Shown here in pieces: positions 51,475 through 62,716 of a stretch of DNA of 64,000 nucleotides. The DNA comes from Takakia lepidozioides (Eukaryota > Plantae > Bryophyta). The notes below the pieces were generated by a model that searched no databases, had not been told where the DNA came from, and saw only the letters and a program-made list of their open reading frames with translations. The stretch's first letter is position 1. Each line of letters begins with the position of its first letter. The stretch is taken from the NCBI GenBank assembly GCA_030704615.1, contig CM060731.1:1116001-1180000 (forward strand), written 5' to 3'. Made by a program: the position numbers and the translations under genes.

Positions 51475-53530
51475 GAGATTGACAGTCTCAGCCTACCACG
51501 ACCTGGCAGTGATCTTTAACCTCCATTCATGGAACATAAGAGGGTTGGGAGCAGACCCAACTTCTCTAAAAAGGCTGAAAATTAAAACTTGGTTGGCTCC
51601 CTTCTTTGCAAATCATTCCATCATATTTCTGCGGGAGCATAAACTAGATCAAGGGAAAATAGATAGCCTCTCTGATTATTTGTGGCCATTAGCCAACTCG
51701 TTATGGAAACCCACATCCACGAGAACAAAAGGAGGTACTGCAATACTTCTTTCATCATCCATTCAACCGTTCCTCACAACGCAAGACACCTGGCTCCCCG
51801 GAAGATTGCAATTTTGTGCCTTAACCCTACCCAACTCAATAGGTCCGATTGGGCTGGTGAATATCTATGCACCCAACAATTCTGCTGACAGAGCAGAATT
51901 CTGGAACACTCTCAACACCAAAATGAGGGAACAACCTTCAATAGATAGCTGGATAGTTTCTGGAGATTTTAATATGGTGGAGATGCAAGAGGATAGAAGA
52001 GGTGCGGGGTCATTTACCTCAAACCCAGAAGAAATGGACCAGTGGTTCAACTGCTTGCAAACACAACCTCACGCAAGCAGTGCCAATCTTTGGACAGTCA
52101 TCAAACATCACCTTTACCTGGTCCAATAACCGTTCTCTTGCAGATCTAAGTATGGCTCGTCTTGATAGGGCTTATCTTTCCCTTGACCTAGTTCAATATG
52201 CAAAGAGAGCCCTGCAATAACCAATACCCTTAAGCTTTGACCATGCTCCAATTACCCTCTCCATAACCTTACCGGATTCTTACAGAAGGGGTAGAGGCCT
52301 TTACAAAATAAATAACCTCCTCCTTAAGCTGCCAAGCTTCAAGCAGGGCCTGCTGAGGGTTTGGACTCAGGCGGGAAGTGATCTCCTAGACCCTACGCAT
52401 CTCTTCCTGGCCAAGTTGAAGGCTATCAACATTGAAAGTCAGAGGATGAGTCAGGAACTAGCAAGCATCAGAAAGAGAAAGGTCATGGCCTTAAATAAAT
52501 GCCTCAAAGTCTGTCAGTCAAGAATAGAATCTACTCGTTGTGATGAAGATACATACATATGTCCAAGCCAGAAACAACCTTGATATTCATCACAAAATCC
52601 AAGAGAGGAAGTGGAAACTACAGGCGGGTGTCAACTGGTCTACAAAAGGAGAAAAAATGAATAAATATATTTTCGACAAAACAAGATTGAGACGCGCCTC
52701 TCAAACAATATCTGAGCTGATTGACCAGCCATCAGGCACTTCAACTTCTACACCGAAGACCATGGCCAAGCTGGCTGGCAGGCACTTCCATAATCTTTTT
52801 CATAGCGACCTCGACTCCCTGCAACCAACAGAAGAACATACATTTTGTTTGATCCACACCCCTACCCTACTGTCCCACCAATTCGCTTCCCAGTTAGAAG
52901 AAGATTTCACAGATATAGAGCTGGGTGAGGCTTTATCCAAACTACAGAACAACAAATCTCCGGGCATAGATGGTATATCTGTGGAATTTTACAAAGCATT
53001 GTGGCCGGAAATCTCAAGGGATTTCACTGCAATGGCAAACCACTTGTTTCAACAGGGACACATGCCCCCCATTATGACACAAGGGGTTATTACCTTACTC
53101 TATAAAAAGGGTGATAGAACAAACATATCCAATTATCGGCCCATAACCCTCCTCAATGTCGCTTACAAGATAGTGGCGAAGGCATTGGCCCTCAGATTGC
53201 AGCCTCTCCTTCCAATTATAATTAGGCCAAATCAAACAGGGTTTATCAAGGGTAGATACATATTGGATAACCTTCTTCTGGCCCAGGAAATTCCAGACTT
53301 CGCTGCCAGAACTAACCAAGTTATTGCCCTCCTCCTTTTGGACTTTGAGAAGGCTTTCGATCGTGTTGAATGGTCATACCTGCTGGCAGCCCTGGCTAAA
53401 TTGGGTTTTCCCCAATCCTTTTGCAAATGGGTAAGGATACTACTCACCTCCGCATCTAGCAGAGTCTCAGTCAATGGTCACTTATCAGCTTCGTTCCCTC
53501 TGCAGCGCTCAGTGAGACAAGGGTATCCCC
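51475..53530 (+). pseudogene. L1-clade LINE ORF2: AP endonuclease and N-terminal RT, truncated
   Basis: SWNIRGL, IYAPN, SGDFN, RLDR, DHAPI; KSPGIDG, NYRPITLLN..YKI.AK, QTGFIKGR, LDFEKAFDRVEW, SVRQG. Confidence 0.93.
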
Positions 53531-53943
53531 TCATGCCCACCCATTCTGACCACCGCCCCAACCTTGGCTCTGATACCATGTTGGAAAACCATTGGCGTGT
53601 GGTCGGGCTAGGGATTGAACCTAGGACCTCCCCCATTCCGGTGGGGTGCTCTACCACACAGCTACCCGTCCCGTTCTGTTCTCAGAGTGCCGTGCAAGGG
53701 CTATAGCCTTGACACCTCCAACACTCCCCCTCAAGGCATAGCCCTTATGCTAATGCCCACCCATTCTGACCACTGCCCCAACCTTGGCTCTGATACCATG
53801 TTGGAAAACCACTGGCGTGTGGTCGGGCTAGGGGTTGAACCTAGGACCTCCCCCATTCCGGTGGGGTGCTCTACCACTCAGCTACCCGTCCTGTTCTGTT
53901 CTCGGAGTGCCGTGCAAGGGCTATAGCCTTGACACCTCCAACA
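53531..53943 (-). mobile_element. TRIM (mini LTR retroelement) in tandem, with 145-bp LTRs containing a tRNA-like sequence
   Basis: LTRs 53579-53723 and 53799-53943 (TGTTGG...CCAACA). PBS TGGTATCAGAGCC at 53786-53798 and 53566-53578. PPT TTGAGGGGGAG at 53724-53734. 75-bp internal region. Confidence 0.9.
53820..53891 (-). ncRNA. tRNA-like cloverleaf inside the LTR (second copy at 53600-53671); not a canonical tRNA
   Basis: GGACGGG-TA-GCTGAGTGGTAGAGC-A-CCCCA-CCGGAA-TGGGG-GAGGTC-CTAGG-TTCAACC-CCTAG-CCCGACCA. A- and B-box-like motifs; 6-nt anticodon loop. Confidence 0.75.
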
Positions 53944-54106
53944 TAGAATACCTCCTTTTCATTCCATAAGCCCTCTCCTACACTATGCCCACAAGTGTGT
54001 ATGTCATAGCCAACATTCAAAGCAAACTGTCCATCAGTACATTCCCAGTCTCTCTGAGTCCTCCCTCCCTTGCCTAACACCTGGGTTTTGTGGAGTTCAA
54101 CATCAC

Positions 54107-54810
54107 CTGCAGATTGTTTGCACTAATCTCATCCAATCCACCGATGTTCCCTCTGTTGGCTCTCTGAATGTTTTGTAGCCTCATTGCTTCCTGCTTCCAA
54201 TCAACCAATGGCTCCTTCACAAAAACCTCCATCACAGCAGAGATGATGTCACGGTTCCTGTGCAGAGCCCCCATGATGCAAACCATGTCGCTGCGTAGGA
54301 GACCGATGGCATCAAGAGGTCGCAGGAAGTTTGTCAGCTGAGTTGTCAGTCAAAATGGTACAAGCTCTGGAACAGGAAGAAGAATTACCGTGGTGCCAAA
54401 GCTGTATCCAAAATCAATGGGCACAAGTGACCCACTGCGCATATCAACTAGAGTGTTTGAGAGGTGTCGGTCTCCCACCCCTGCAATGTACCCACATATA
54501 TTCACCACAGACAGGCTTCGTGCAAACTGTGACCGCAAAGCCAGGTACGACTCAGCACTCGTTGTCTTCCAAATCCAGTTTGCAGAGCATCCCATGGTAG
54601 CTGGGCTCGGAGTGCACTCAACTTCTGCGAGACTTCATCATAGCCAACTCTTTTGTACATATTCCTGTAGGCTTCCACCTCCTTACATCCACCTCTCTTC
54701 TGAACCCAGTCCTGGTACTGCAATCTTGGTTCGAGGAGACATGTATCAGGAGTTGTATTCAGCGGCTTTAGGCCTTGCCGTATCAGGCCTGGAAGCCTCG
54801 TGGTCAATCC
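54107..54810 (-). pseudogene. PRKDC: DNA-PKcs kinase-domain exon fragment
   Basis: YLALRSQFARSLSVVNICGYIAGVGDRHLSNTLVDMRSGSLVPIDFGYSFGTTVILLPVPELVPF*LTTQL...MEVFVKEPLVDW. The LPVPEL.PFRLT.Q and DVFVKEP..DW motifs are DNA-PKcs-type. One nonsense codon and a frameshift. Confidence 0.85.
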
Positions 54811-54813
54811 ATC

Positions 54814-56851
54814 ATCAATCATACCACAATCATACATTGACAAGGTCACTGTGGGCCTCATGTGCCCGTGCGATTCGTCTTCGCAACTCAGCCGAATGTC
54901 TCCATACACTGCAAGAGCGGAGTGAACTCCACGAATATAGTTTTCCCCGGTGCCGTCCTCCTTGGTCCACTGGCAGCAGTTCCAGCGCCAAAGTGAGGCC
55001 GTGCGTGATCTGTCCGGCATCCCATTCCACCTTGGTATATCGAGGTCAACAATTTTCAGGACCCTAGGACCGCATTGACCCTCACCCTCACCTCGCTCAA
55101 AGCGGTAATAGCCCTCCAGATACTCCATTGCGCGCAAAGACTCCCGCTTGATTCCAGAAGCGTCTGTGAAAACAGAGAGCCAGACAATGATGTCTCCTGA
55201 TTCTGGTTTGAACATAGCATAATCGTGGCCATGATAAGGGCAGTCAGCAGGATTTTGGCGGCACGGCATCCTTGAAAAAGAGTAGCGGAGTACGCTCAAT
55301 GACAGCAGCTCCCGGATGGAGGAGGCAGCAGCGCGGTGGCTGGAAGAAATTCAAGCAAACGCTGCAATTCCTCACAAACACTCCAGGGCACATTTAAATT
55401 TCCCCCCTACAGGAACCTGCACGGATGAAGATTGGCTGCTCCATGAATGTAGCCGTTTCAGTTTCCTTCCCTGCCATGCAAACTATGGGCAGTAAGTGCC
55501 AGGTGGGCCTATAGCCATTCGAGACGACGAAGTCCATCCCCCTTCGATGTAAATGCGGCGCCGAATTTCCATCCGGGGGATGGACTTCGGTGGCAGATTT
55601 CAAACTATACCCCGTGGATGAGAAAGAGGTATCGGTTCATCCACCGCTGGCGTGATGAACACGTTACACGATGATTGGTGGGTACTTGTGACCCAGATGC
55701 TCCATTATTGGAGCCCGCACTGCTCTTCCGCTTCTCATCATTTCGAAAATCTAAGGGCTTCGTTGCTGTCCGCAAGGTCATTGTCATCGACATCAAAGAC
55801 GTCCTCAGGTCCTCCTTTGCAAGGATGCCGTGCTTCCAGAACCGGGACGAGTGCCCTTATGGAGGCATCGATTATGCAATGTATTCGGCCACATCAGGAG
55901 ACATCGTTATCTGGTACACAGATTACACAGAAGATACTGGTTCGAATGTGGAAACATTGTCCACTTTTGAGTATCTCTCAGGCCAGTACGCCTTCGAGCG
56001 GGGTGACGATCTTGGTCTGAGGAGTCCGTGGCTCCTGCGCATCCTTGATTCCGATTTTCCCAGCTACGACGGGCACCCATGCAGAAGAATGCGCACTGCT
56101 ATGCTGTTGCGGTGGAACAGCTGCCAGTGGACGTGGGTGGACTCCATCGGAGAGACTTATACTCCTGAAGGAGTGCGCTCATCTTCTCCATTGTATGGGG
56201 ACATTCGCATTGGTGTGGACCACGAAAACGTGAAGCTTTCCATATTCGATGGTGGTATGATTGAAGGGCAGGACATTGTGGTGAACAGCAACAGGGGCGG
56301 TACAACGGCTGCAATCCAGTTTACCTGGAGGAGCCCGATGACTCATGAGCTAGTTCTCAGAGCAGTCGAAGTCCCATTGACAACGTGACTTGTATTCAGA
56401 AGGCACAGGGCTAAAGATTTGTTTGCACAATCAGCACAATAGACGTGCTTCAAATGCAATTCATGAGGATCAATAAAAACCCCATAGTGCCGTCTTTTTG
56501 TTCTATTCTGTATCCATCGTTCCCAAAATGCATCATTCCTCATTTCGTTTGGGATTGGGAGTGTGGGTGGATTTTGCAAGTGGCTGGTAGGCTGAAATGG
56601 GCCCCCATTGTACAGAGTAGTACCACCCTACCATTTGCGAAACATTGCCTTTCAATATGTAATTCTAAAAAACATTGCCGAACCTCCTTCATCAGGAGGT
56701 CCTTCTCCCCCTATGACCGTGACACCCTAAACCCTATTCCCGCGGACACTCATTTCCGGAAAATAGTCCTGCTCATGTTTTTTTCGACACTTACGACTCT
56801 GCTCATGGCTCATGCCGCTCATGGCTCATGGCTCATGAAATAGCAGCCCCC
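54814..56851 (-). mobile_element. Element E: left end of a C-family MULE, inverted, with TIR and genes X and Y
   Basis: Near-identical inverted copy of 19783-21560. Ends CTCATGAAATAGCAGCCCCC, the reverse complement of the B left TIR. Confidence 0.88.
55675..56388 (+). CDS. Cargo gene X, second copy (237 aa)
   Basis: Open ORF near-identical to 19988-20698. Confidence 0.6.
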   Translation: MVGTCDPDAPLLEPALLFRFSSFRKSKGFVAVRKVIVIDIKDVLRSSFARMPCFQNRDECPYGGIDYAMYSATSGDIVIWYTDYTEDTGSNVETLSTFEYLSGQYAFERGDDLGLRSPWLLRILDSDFPSYDGHPCRRMRTAMLLRWNSCQWTWVDSIGETYTPEGVRSSSPLYGDIRIGVDHENVKLSIFDGGMIEGQDIVVNSNRGGTTAAIQFTWRSPMTHELVLRAVEVPLTT

Positions 56852-58263
56852 CTCTCACTCCAGTCTGTGTCTGCTGTTGGACAGCCAGAGATAAGGGAAT
56901 GAATCCCCAACCTCCCCTCACTATTACCACTAGAGCGTGGCTAACAACCAACTCCTTTGTATGGATTATGGGCAGGCCGCTTGTAGAATTGGAAATTGAC
57001 CCCTCCAAATGGTTGTGGAAATTCAACAACTCCCCAGAACCCTTCTTTGCATATACAACCAAAAGGGGCTACAAGGCTCTGTCAGTCACCCAACCCATGC
57101 ACAAAAAATGGGAATCAAAATGGGGGTTATACATCTTCAGCGATGAGAACTGGAAAATTATTTGGGGCTCAGTGTGGATCAAAACCTGCCCATCAAAGAT
57201 AGCAGCTTTTCTATGGCAGGTTGTCAATAGAGTACTCAAAGATGGGGAATGTTTACAGTTCCAGGGAGCCCTCTTGTGTGCTTGTTGTTCCACTGCATCC
57301 ATCGAGCATTGTCTTCTTTCATGTCAAGCACCAGCCAAAATCTGGCCTTATGTTAAGTCATTCTATAGATGTTGGGACCCCAGACAGCTCACTGATACAG
57401 ACCTCCTTCTTAACTATGATCCAGTTTCCAAGAATAGGGCCCTAAATTGCCCAGTGTTTGAAACCCTTAGGGCCTCTACAATGTGGCACTTATGGAAACT
57501 GCGTTGTAAGAACACTTTCCAAGGCCACACAACAACAGTATCCTCTCTCCTTGCCACTGTTTTTTGGGATCTGCAAACTAAGGCTATGAAAGCCTGGGGC
57601 AAACTCTGTGCAGACATTGAACGTGACGCCATGAATGCAGCAGCGCTCCACAGGAAGTTTCAACACACATGGGGCAGACAGGGCCTCATATGCAGCAGCC
57701 ATGTGCAAGATCAATGCAGCTGGAACGAGCTCCCCCCTCAGGCCTGGCGAGATCTCCGTGCTCCACTCCACTCTTTCCCCGGAGTTTGAACGGGACATTA
57801 ACTGGAAGCATCAAAAGCCTTCATCGACTGCTTCTAAGCTGCACTATAGATAGATCACTCTCTCTCCTCCTCCATACTCAAAGGCCTTATTACTTTCTTC
57901 CAACATCCCTCTCCCCTGCGTCATCGTAGACAGTCTGCGATCGTATAACAGCCAGTACGGTATGCGTTGTTATGACTTCAGGTCTCGGGCAGAGAGCCCT
58001 ATTTTTTGGTCTCTTGGACTTGGACTTTCCTCCAATCGGAGGTGTTTGGCTCCTAGATCGCTGATCTCTGTGCAAGTGTCCATCAATAGAGGCACGATAT
58101 TTTGTTCTACAAACTTAATCTCCATCAGGAGATGATTGGCTCATAATACACTGAATACGGTGTGTGTGCCTTATGGCGACAACGGGGGTTTTAATTTTTT
58201 TTCCCCTTCAATAATTATTAATAAAGTAATCAGGGATTCAATCCAAAAATAAAATAAAATAAA
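56852..58263 (+). pseudogene. L1-clade LINE 3' end (zf-RVT-like C-terminus, 3' UTR, A-rich tail)
   Basis: WKIIWGSVW...PSKIAAFLWQV...CACC...SIEHCLLSC...IWP...MWHLWKLRCKNTFQG. AATAAA near 58219, followed by an (AAAAT)n-like tail. Confidence 0.85.
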
Positions 58264-58720
58264 TATTGAAGTCGTATGTCTGTCGGTGTGTCACATCATC
58301 AATCGTGTTGTGTGTGCGTCTACCATTTGTTGCATTCGTTCCTCAAACTCATTTGTTCATTTGCGAACACATCAAGTCACATTCAAATGAACATTCTCGG
58401 AAATCAAACTCGTGTTAACAGAAGGTTGATTTCAGTTCTAGGAAATCAACCTCGTGTTAACACAAGGTTGATATCTGCGGACGCCCTAAACCCTTAACCC
58501 ATCTCACCTTCAGATGGTGAAATCCCATGGTTATAGGCCCCACGGTTATAGGCCCACCATCTTTGTGGTGAAGGTTTACTATTTCATGAGCAGAAACCAC
58601 GAGCCATGAGCCATGAGCTACATGAGCCGTATGAGCGGTGAGCCGAAGTCTAAGACACGCGGATTTCATGAGCGGACTCCTCCAAATTTGGAAATGCGGC
58701 AGATTAAACAAGTATTAAAA

Positions 58721-58751
<31 letters not shown>

Positions 58752-59427
58752 CCTTGCCGTTTTTGGAAGTTCCAGATCCTGTAATGCGGCGAAGATATGT
58801 CGTCAGTAACAAGTCCGCTCATGGTTTTTTAGATCCGCTCATGGAAATGAGTGACCGTGCAACGAGAAATCCAGTATACCACGACAAAATGACGTCGCAT
58901 ATTGGCCTGTATAGAGTATTCCGCGGTTTTACATGCCTTAATGAAGCTGACCCTTTTGCCGCGATTGAACCAATAGAGTCTGCACCAATAGAGTCTACAG
59001 TACTTCACAATTCTGTCATCTTCGGGTATTCGGCGGGAAAGGTTTGCGACTCAACTGGGAAATGCGGTGCCTGATAGGGTTCGTACGTGCGAAATTTCTG
59101 GGCGGTTTGGTGTTGGCGAAGGCCGCATCTACCAGTACCTACGACGTTACTTGGAAATGCGGCGCTACATTTCCTTGCCGGGGGTCGAATGAGGAAAGCA
59201 GAGTTTGGGAGAGTAGAAAAACAGGAACCCTCCAACACACAAAAATACATGCACGTGGAAACACAAGTGAATGACATAGTATTATCTTAGTTCGAGCAAA
59301 ACAGGTTACTGATAGGCAAGACATAAGTCAGACCTTTCTGTGGCCAGAGTCAGAGCTACTTGCAGCAGTACAGTTCTACTATCCAAAAAGGATGGGCGTA
59401 CCATTGTGTTGGGACCGCAAGCCAAGC

Positions 59428-61703
59428 TCACTGGTCCCCTGGATCCATATTCAGAAGAGTGTGTGCCTCTTGGGGGCTCAACCCTGGTGCATGTATGAAG
59501 TGATGAGTTGTGGGATTACACCGGAGTCTCTTTAGGTACACGTAGTACAGATGCTTGCAAGGGCAGTATGATGCCCCCTTGTTCGCCATGATCTGGAAGT
59601 CGGTGCAATTGCAGGTGGGTAATTTTGAAATGGTGATGGTGTACACCTCATTGCGAACAGCTGAGCCTGTCGTGGCCATCTGATACACACGCCCGAAGCC
59701 TGGTGGGGGCACTTCTGTCGAGCTCTGGGTTGTACAGTTCATCCGAAGTGCATTCCCCATCCTTGTCTCGTTCACTTTTGAGGGAGGTCGCCGCCTCTTC
59801 GGTTTCCCCCAACGGTGTGTAGGATGCTTAGAGCTGTCGTGTCCCATTGTTCTTGCTCTCACAGGAGTCGGTGGTGGAGGCTGTGGAAGCGGAAATGGTT
59901 GTCTGGGGACGTCAATGCGCTGCACCAGCCGAAATCCTGCGGTGGTAAGGGCGTCGGCCTCAACCTGACTCAGATCGCAGCCTGGTTCCATCGGCCACAC
60001 CGAGGGAGCCTCTGGCATTGTTTGTATGTCGTACTTGGGCTTTCCATACACGCAAGTCATAATGTCGTGCCTGCAGAACCAGAATTGGGTGGTTGTCGCC
60101 TCCGCAAACTTTGCAGGGACAAATCTTCCTGTAAAAGTAGGAGCAGGGACAGCCCCATCTGGATTCCTCCTTATCATCTCTTAACAACGTTGCCGTGTAT
60201 CCACTCAAATTGCGGAACACCTGCCTCGAAACGACGACTTTGTGCGAGCAATTCTCCACTGTGACGCAGACACAGTCGTCTCCACAATGGCTTTGCCATA
60301 CTGCATAACAGCGGGCGGAATCTGGGGCAAGCGAGCGGTGGGAATTTCTCGCACGGAATCCCCGCTTGAAGGCGATGGCGATCTGGAATTTCTTGGGCTT
60401 CCACTGCTGGAAGACACATTGTGCGACAACATGACGGGATCCTGAGGTGCTGTCCGAATATTCCTGTCGGATCTCCAGGAATCCTCTTCGCACCCGGGTT
60501 CCTCTTCAATCCTCCGCCTCACAGGGCGAGTACGGACGTCCCCCTATAGGTGTTCACCTCTGCAGTGCAAAGGCGTCCCTTTGATCTTCTCTCGCAATGC
60601 TGTCGCCCATTTCAGTGGATTCTTCGACCTCGAAGCTGTTCGTACCAACAATTCCTCCATGTCCGGCCCAAAGCCCCATTGTTTCCCGCTCAGGAACTTA
60701 TAGTACGTGGCTTGCTGCATGATTGCTCTGTCGATGTCCTCCATTGTGGCCGTCACTACGTCCACCAGATGTGCGGCAAAAGACGCTCGTTAGGAGGAGT
60801 GCACTGATTCTGCCATATTCGTGTTCGGCATGTCCGTGTCGGAATCCAAGCACCGCTCCTACAATGACACAAACATTGGTGAGGGACCAATAGAAATGTC
60901 CGTAATAGAAAGACAATTGCACGAAAATGACAGCATCATACCTCCCGCATGTACTGTCCGAACTGTCGATACCGGAAATGCCACCACCCCAACCAGCTGT
61001 GCAAGGCTCCCAAATTGGTTGTCTCCACTGCACCTGACGTGTTCCACCAAGCCTCGATGATAGAAAACTTAACCTCTGCGTCCTCAAATGTGGGTGCGTC
61101 CTTCCACGCCGTACAAAGGACACGGTGTTCAGCCTGGAATGTGCTAGCAACAAATTTGGTAGTGTAGTGAGATAGACTTTGCATCCAATGGAATCCACAT
61201 GATCTCTCTTTCCCCTCCATTTGAACATTGGGATCCTCACCGTACACACGCCGCACCGCTGCCCAGTTGGCCTGAGCGTTGTCTGCCATGAATCCCCTGA
61301 AATTGGGCTCTGGCAATCTCGCCCTTGCCATCTGCTCGTTTATGCCCTCCCATAGATGCATCTCCGACTGTGTGTCCTCCGCTTTCATCTCGCAGATTGC
61401 AATCGTCATGAGCCTCTTGGAGTGATAGTCATAAACATGCGCACCCATAGTCACCCACTGATGGTTTGTAATTTGCTTGATGTGATCAAACATCACCCAA
61501 GCATTCGACAAGTTTCCAGTTGTCATGCGAGTGACCAAGTCGACTCCACTCCCAGGCCCACACGTCGACATTTTAAAAATGTAACAACGATCGGATTTGC
61601 TGCCTTGCCCTGGAAACCTGCTACCTTGACTGGAGACAATGAATGGATGATGCGTTCTGCCACTCCAATCCGTCTCGTTTCTCCGCCCTCCTTTGGATAA
61701 CAT
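59428..61703 (-). pseudogene. Mutator-family transposase of D, with internal deletion, stop and frameshifts
   Basis: WVMFDHIK, FMADNAQANW...CGFH, NTNMAESVH, SWIM CNCTDF...PCKHLY. The segment between HHPF and GSRFPGQG present in B is missing. Confidence 0.9.
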
Positions 61704-61879
61704 CTCCTGACAGTTTCTCCTGAGGGTGGATCAACCAGTATTCGCGGTGCAGACATGAACGTTCGCACTGGCAAGTGCCAAGATTGTTAGTTAAAACGGT
61801 TAGACAACCAAGTTGTGCTCATTAAGACAGGCCGCAATTGTGTTGTTTCGGAACAATGCAACCCATTGCACATGGCTGA

Positions 61880-62716
61880 ATGGGAATGCGGTCCCGCATC
61901 TCAGTTCGACATCATCCTCTCGTTGATTGTTATCGGAAATGCGGCACCGCATTTCCGTCAACAAGAAAACCAAAATACTGGTGCAACGGAAATGCGGTAC
62001 CACATTTCAGTCCACTGTAAAAGCAGGCCCATGGTGGAACGGAAATGCGGTATCGCATTTAGGTCCAACGGGACTAGGCACACACGGTAGAAAATAATTG
62101 CGACAACGCATTTTCATCGACTATGACACTTTGGATAGGCAGGAACGCAAATGCGGTGCCGAATTTCCGTCCGGTCTCTTTCAATGGAATCCAGTGGACG
62201 GAAATGAGGTTCCGCATTTCCGTCCGGTGTGCTACTTTCGATTGCTGTTGGACGGAAATACGGCGCCGCATTTCCATTTTGCATCTTAGTCATGCACCAG
62301 TGCGACGGAAATGCGGCACCGCATTTCCGTCCGGGGGAGACCTTTATACTCTTCAGAACGGAAATGCGGTACCGCATTTCCGTTCTAACTAAAAATCGTG
62401 AACCACCGGAACTGAAATGCGGCACCGCATTTCCGTCCGAGTCGCACTTTCTGACATTTCAAAATGGAAATGCGGCACCGCATTTCCGTCTGGGGGAGAC
62501 CTTCATACTCTCCAGAACGGAAATGTGATACCGCATTTCCGTTCTGACTGAAAATCGTGAACCACCGGAACTGAAATGCGGCACCGCATTTCCGTCCGAG
62601 TTGCACCTTCCGACATTCCAGAACGGAAATGCGGCCCCGCATTTCCGTTTTGTATCTGAGGCATGGAGCTGTGGGACGGAAATGCGGCACCGCATTTCCG
62701 TCCGGGTGAGACGTTC
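61880..62716. repeat. Array of the C-type 22-bp palindrome upstream of the D transposase
   Basis: About 15 copies of GGAAATGCGG-NN-CCGCATTTCC. Confidence 0.92.

Larger units (their letters stand above)
58571..62716 (-). mobile_element. Element D: transposase half of a C-family MULE, inverted
   Basis: Terminus AAGGTTTACTATTTCATGAGC resembles the B right TIR. Carries the C-type palindrome array and a transposase. Confidence 0.85.

Noticed and set aside
53600-53891. Functional tRNA-Pro genes
   Set aside because: 6-nt anticodon loop, mismatches in the acceptor and D stems, and both copies are embedded in LTRs.
56851-58571. E and D as the two ends of a single insertion
   Set aside because: The TIRs face away from each other and the flanks (CTCTCACTC vs TTTGTGGTG) do not form a TSD.
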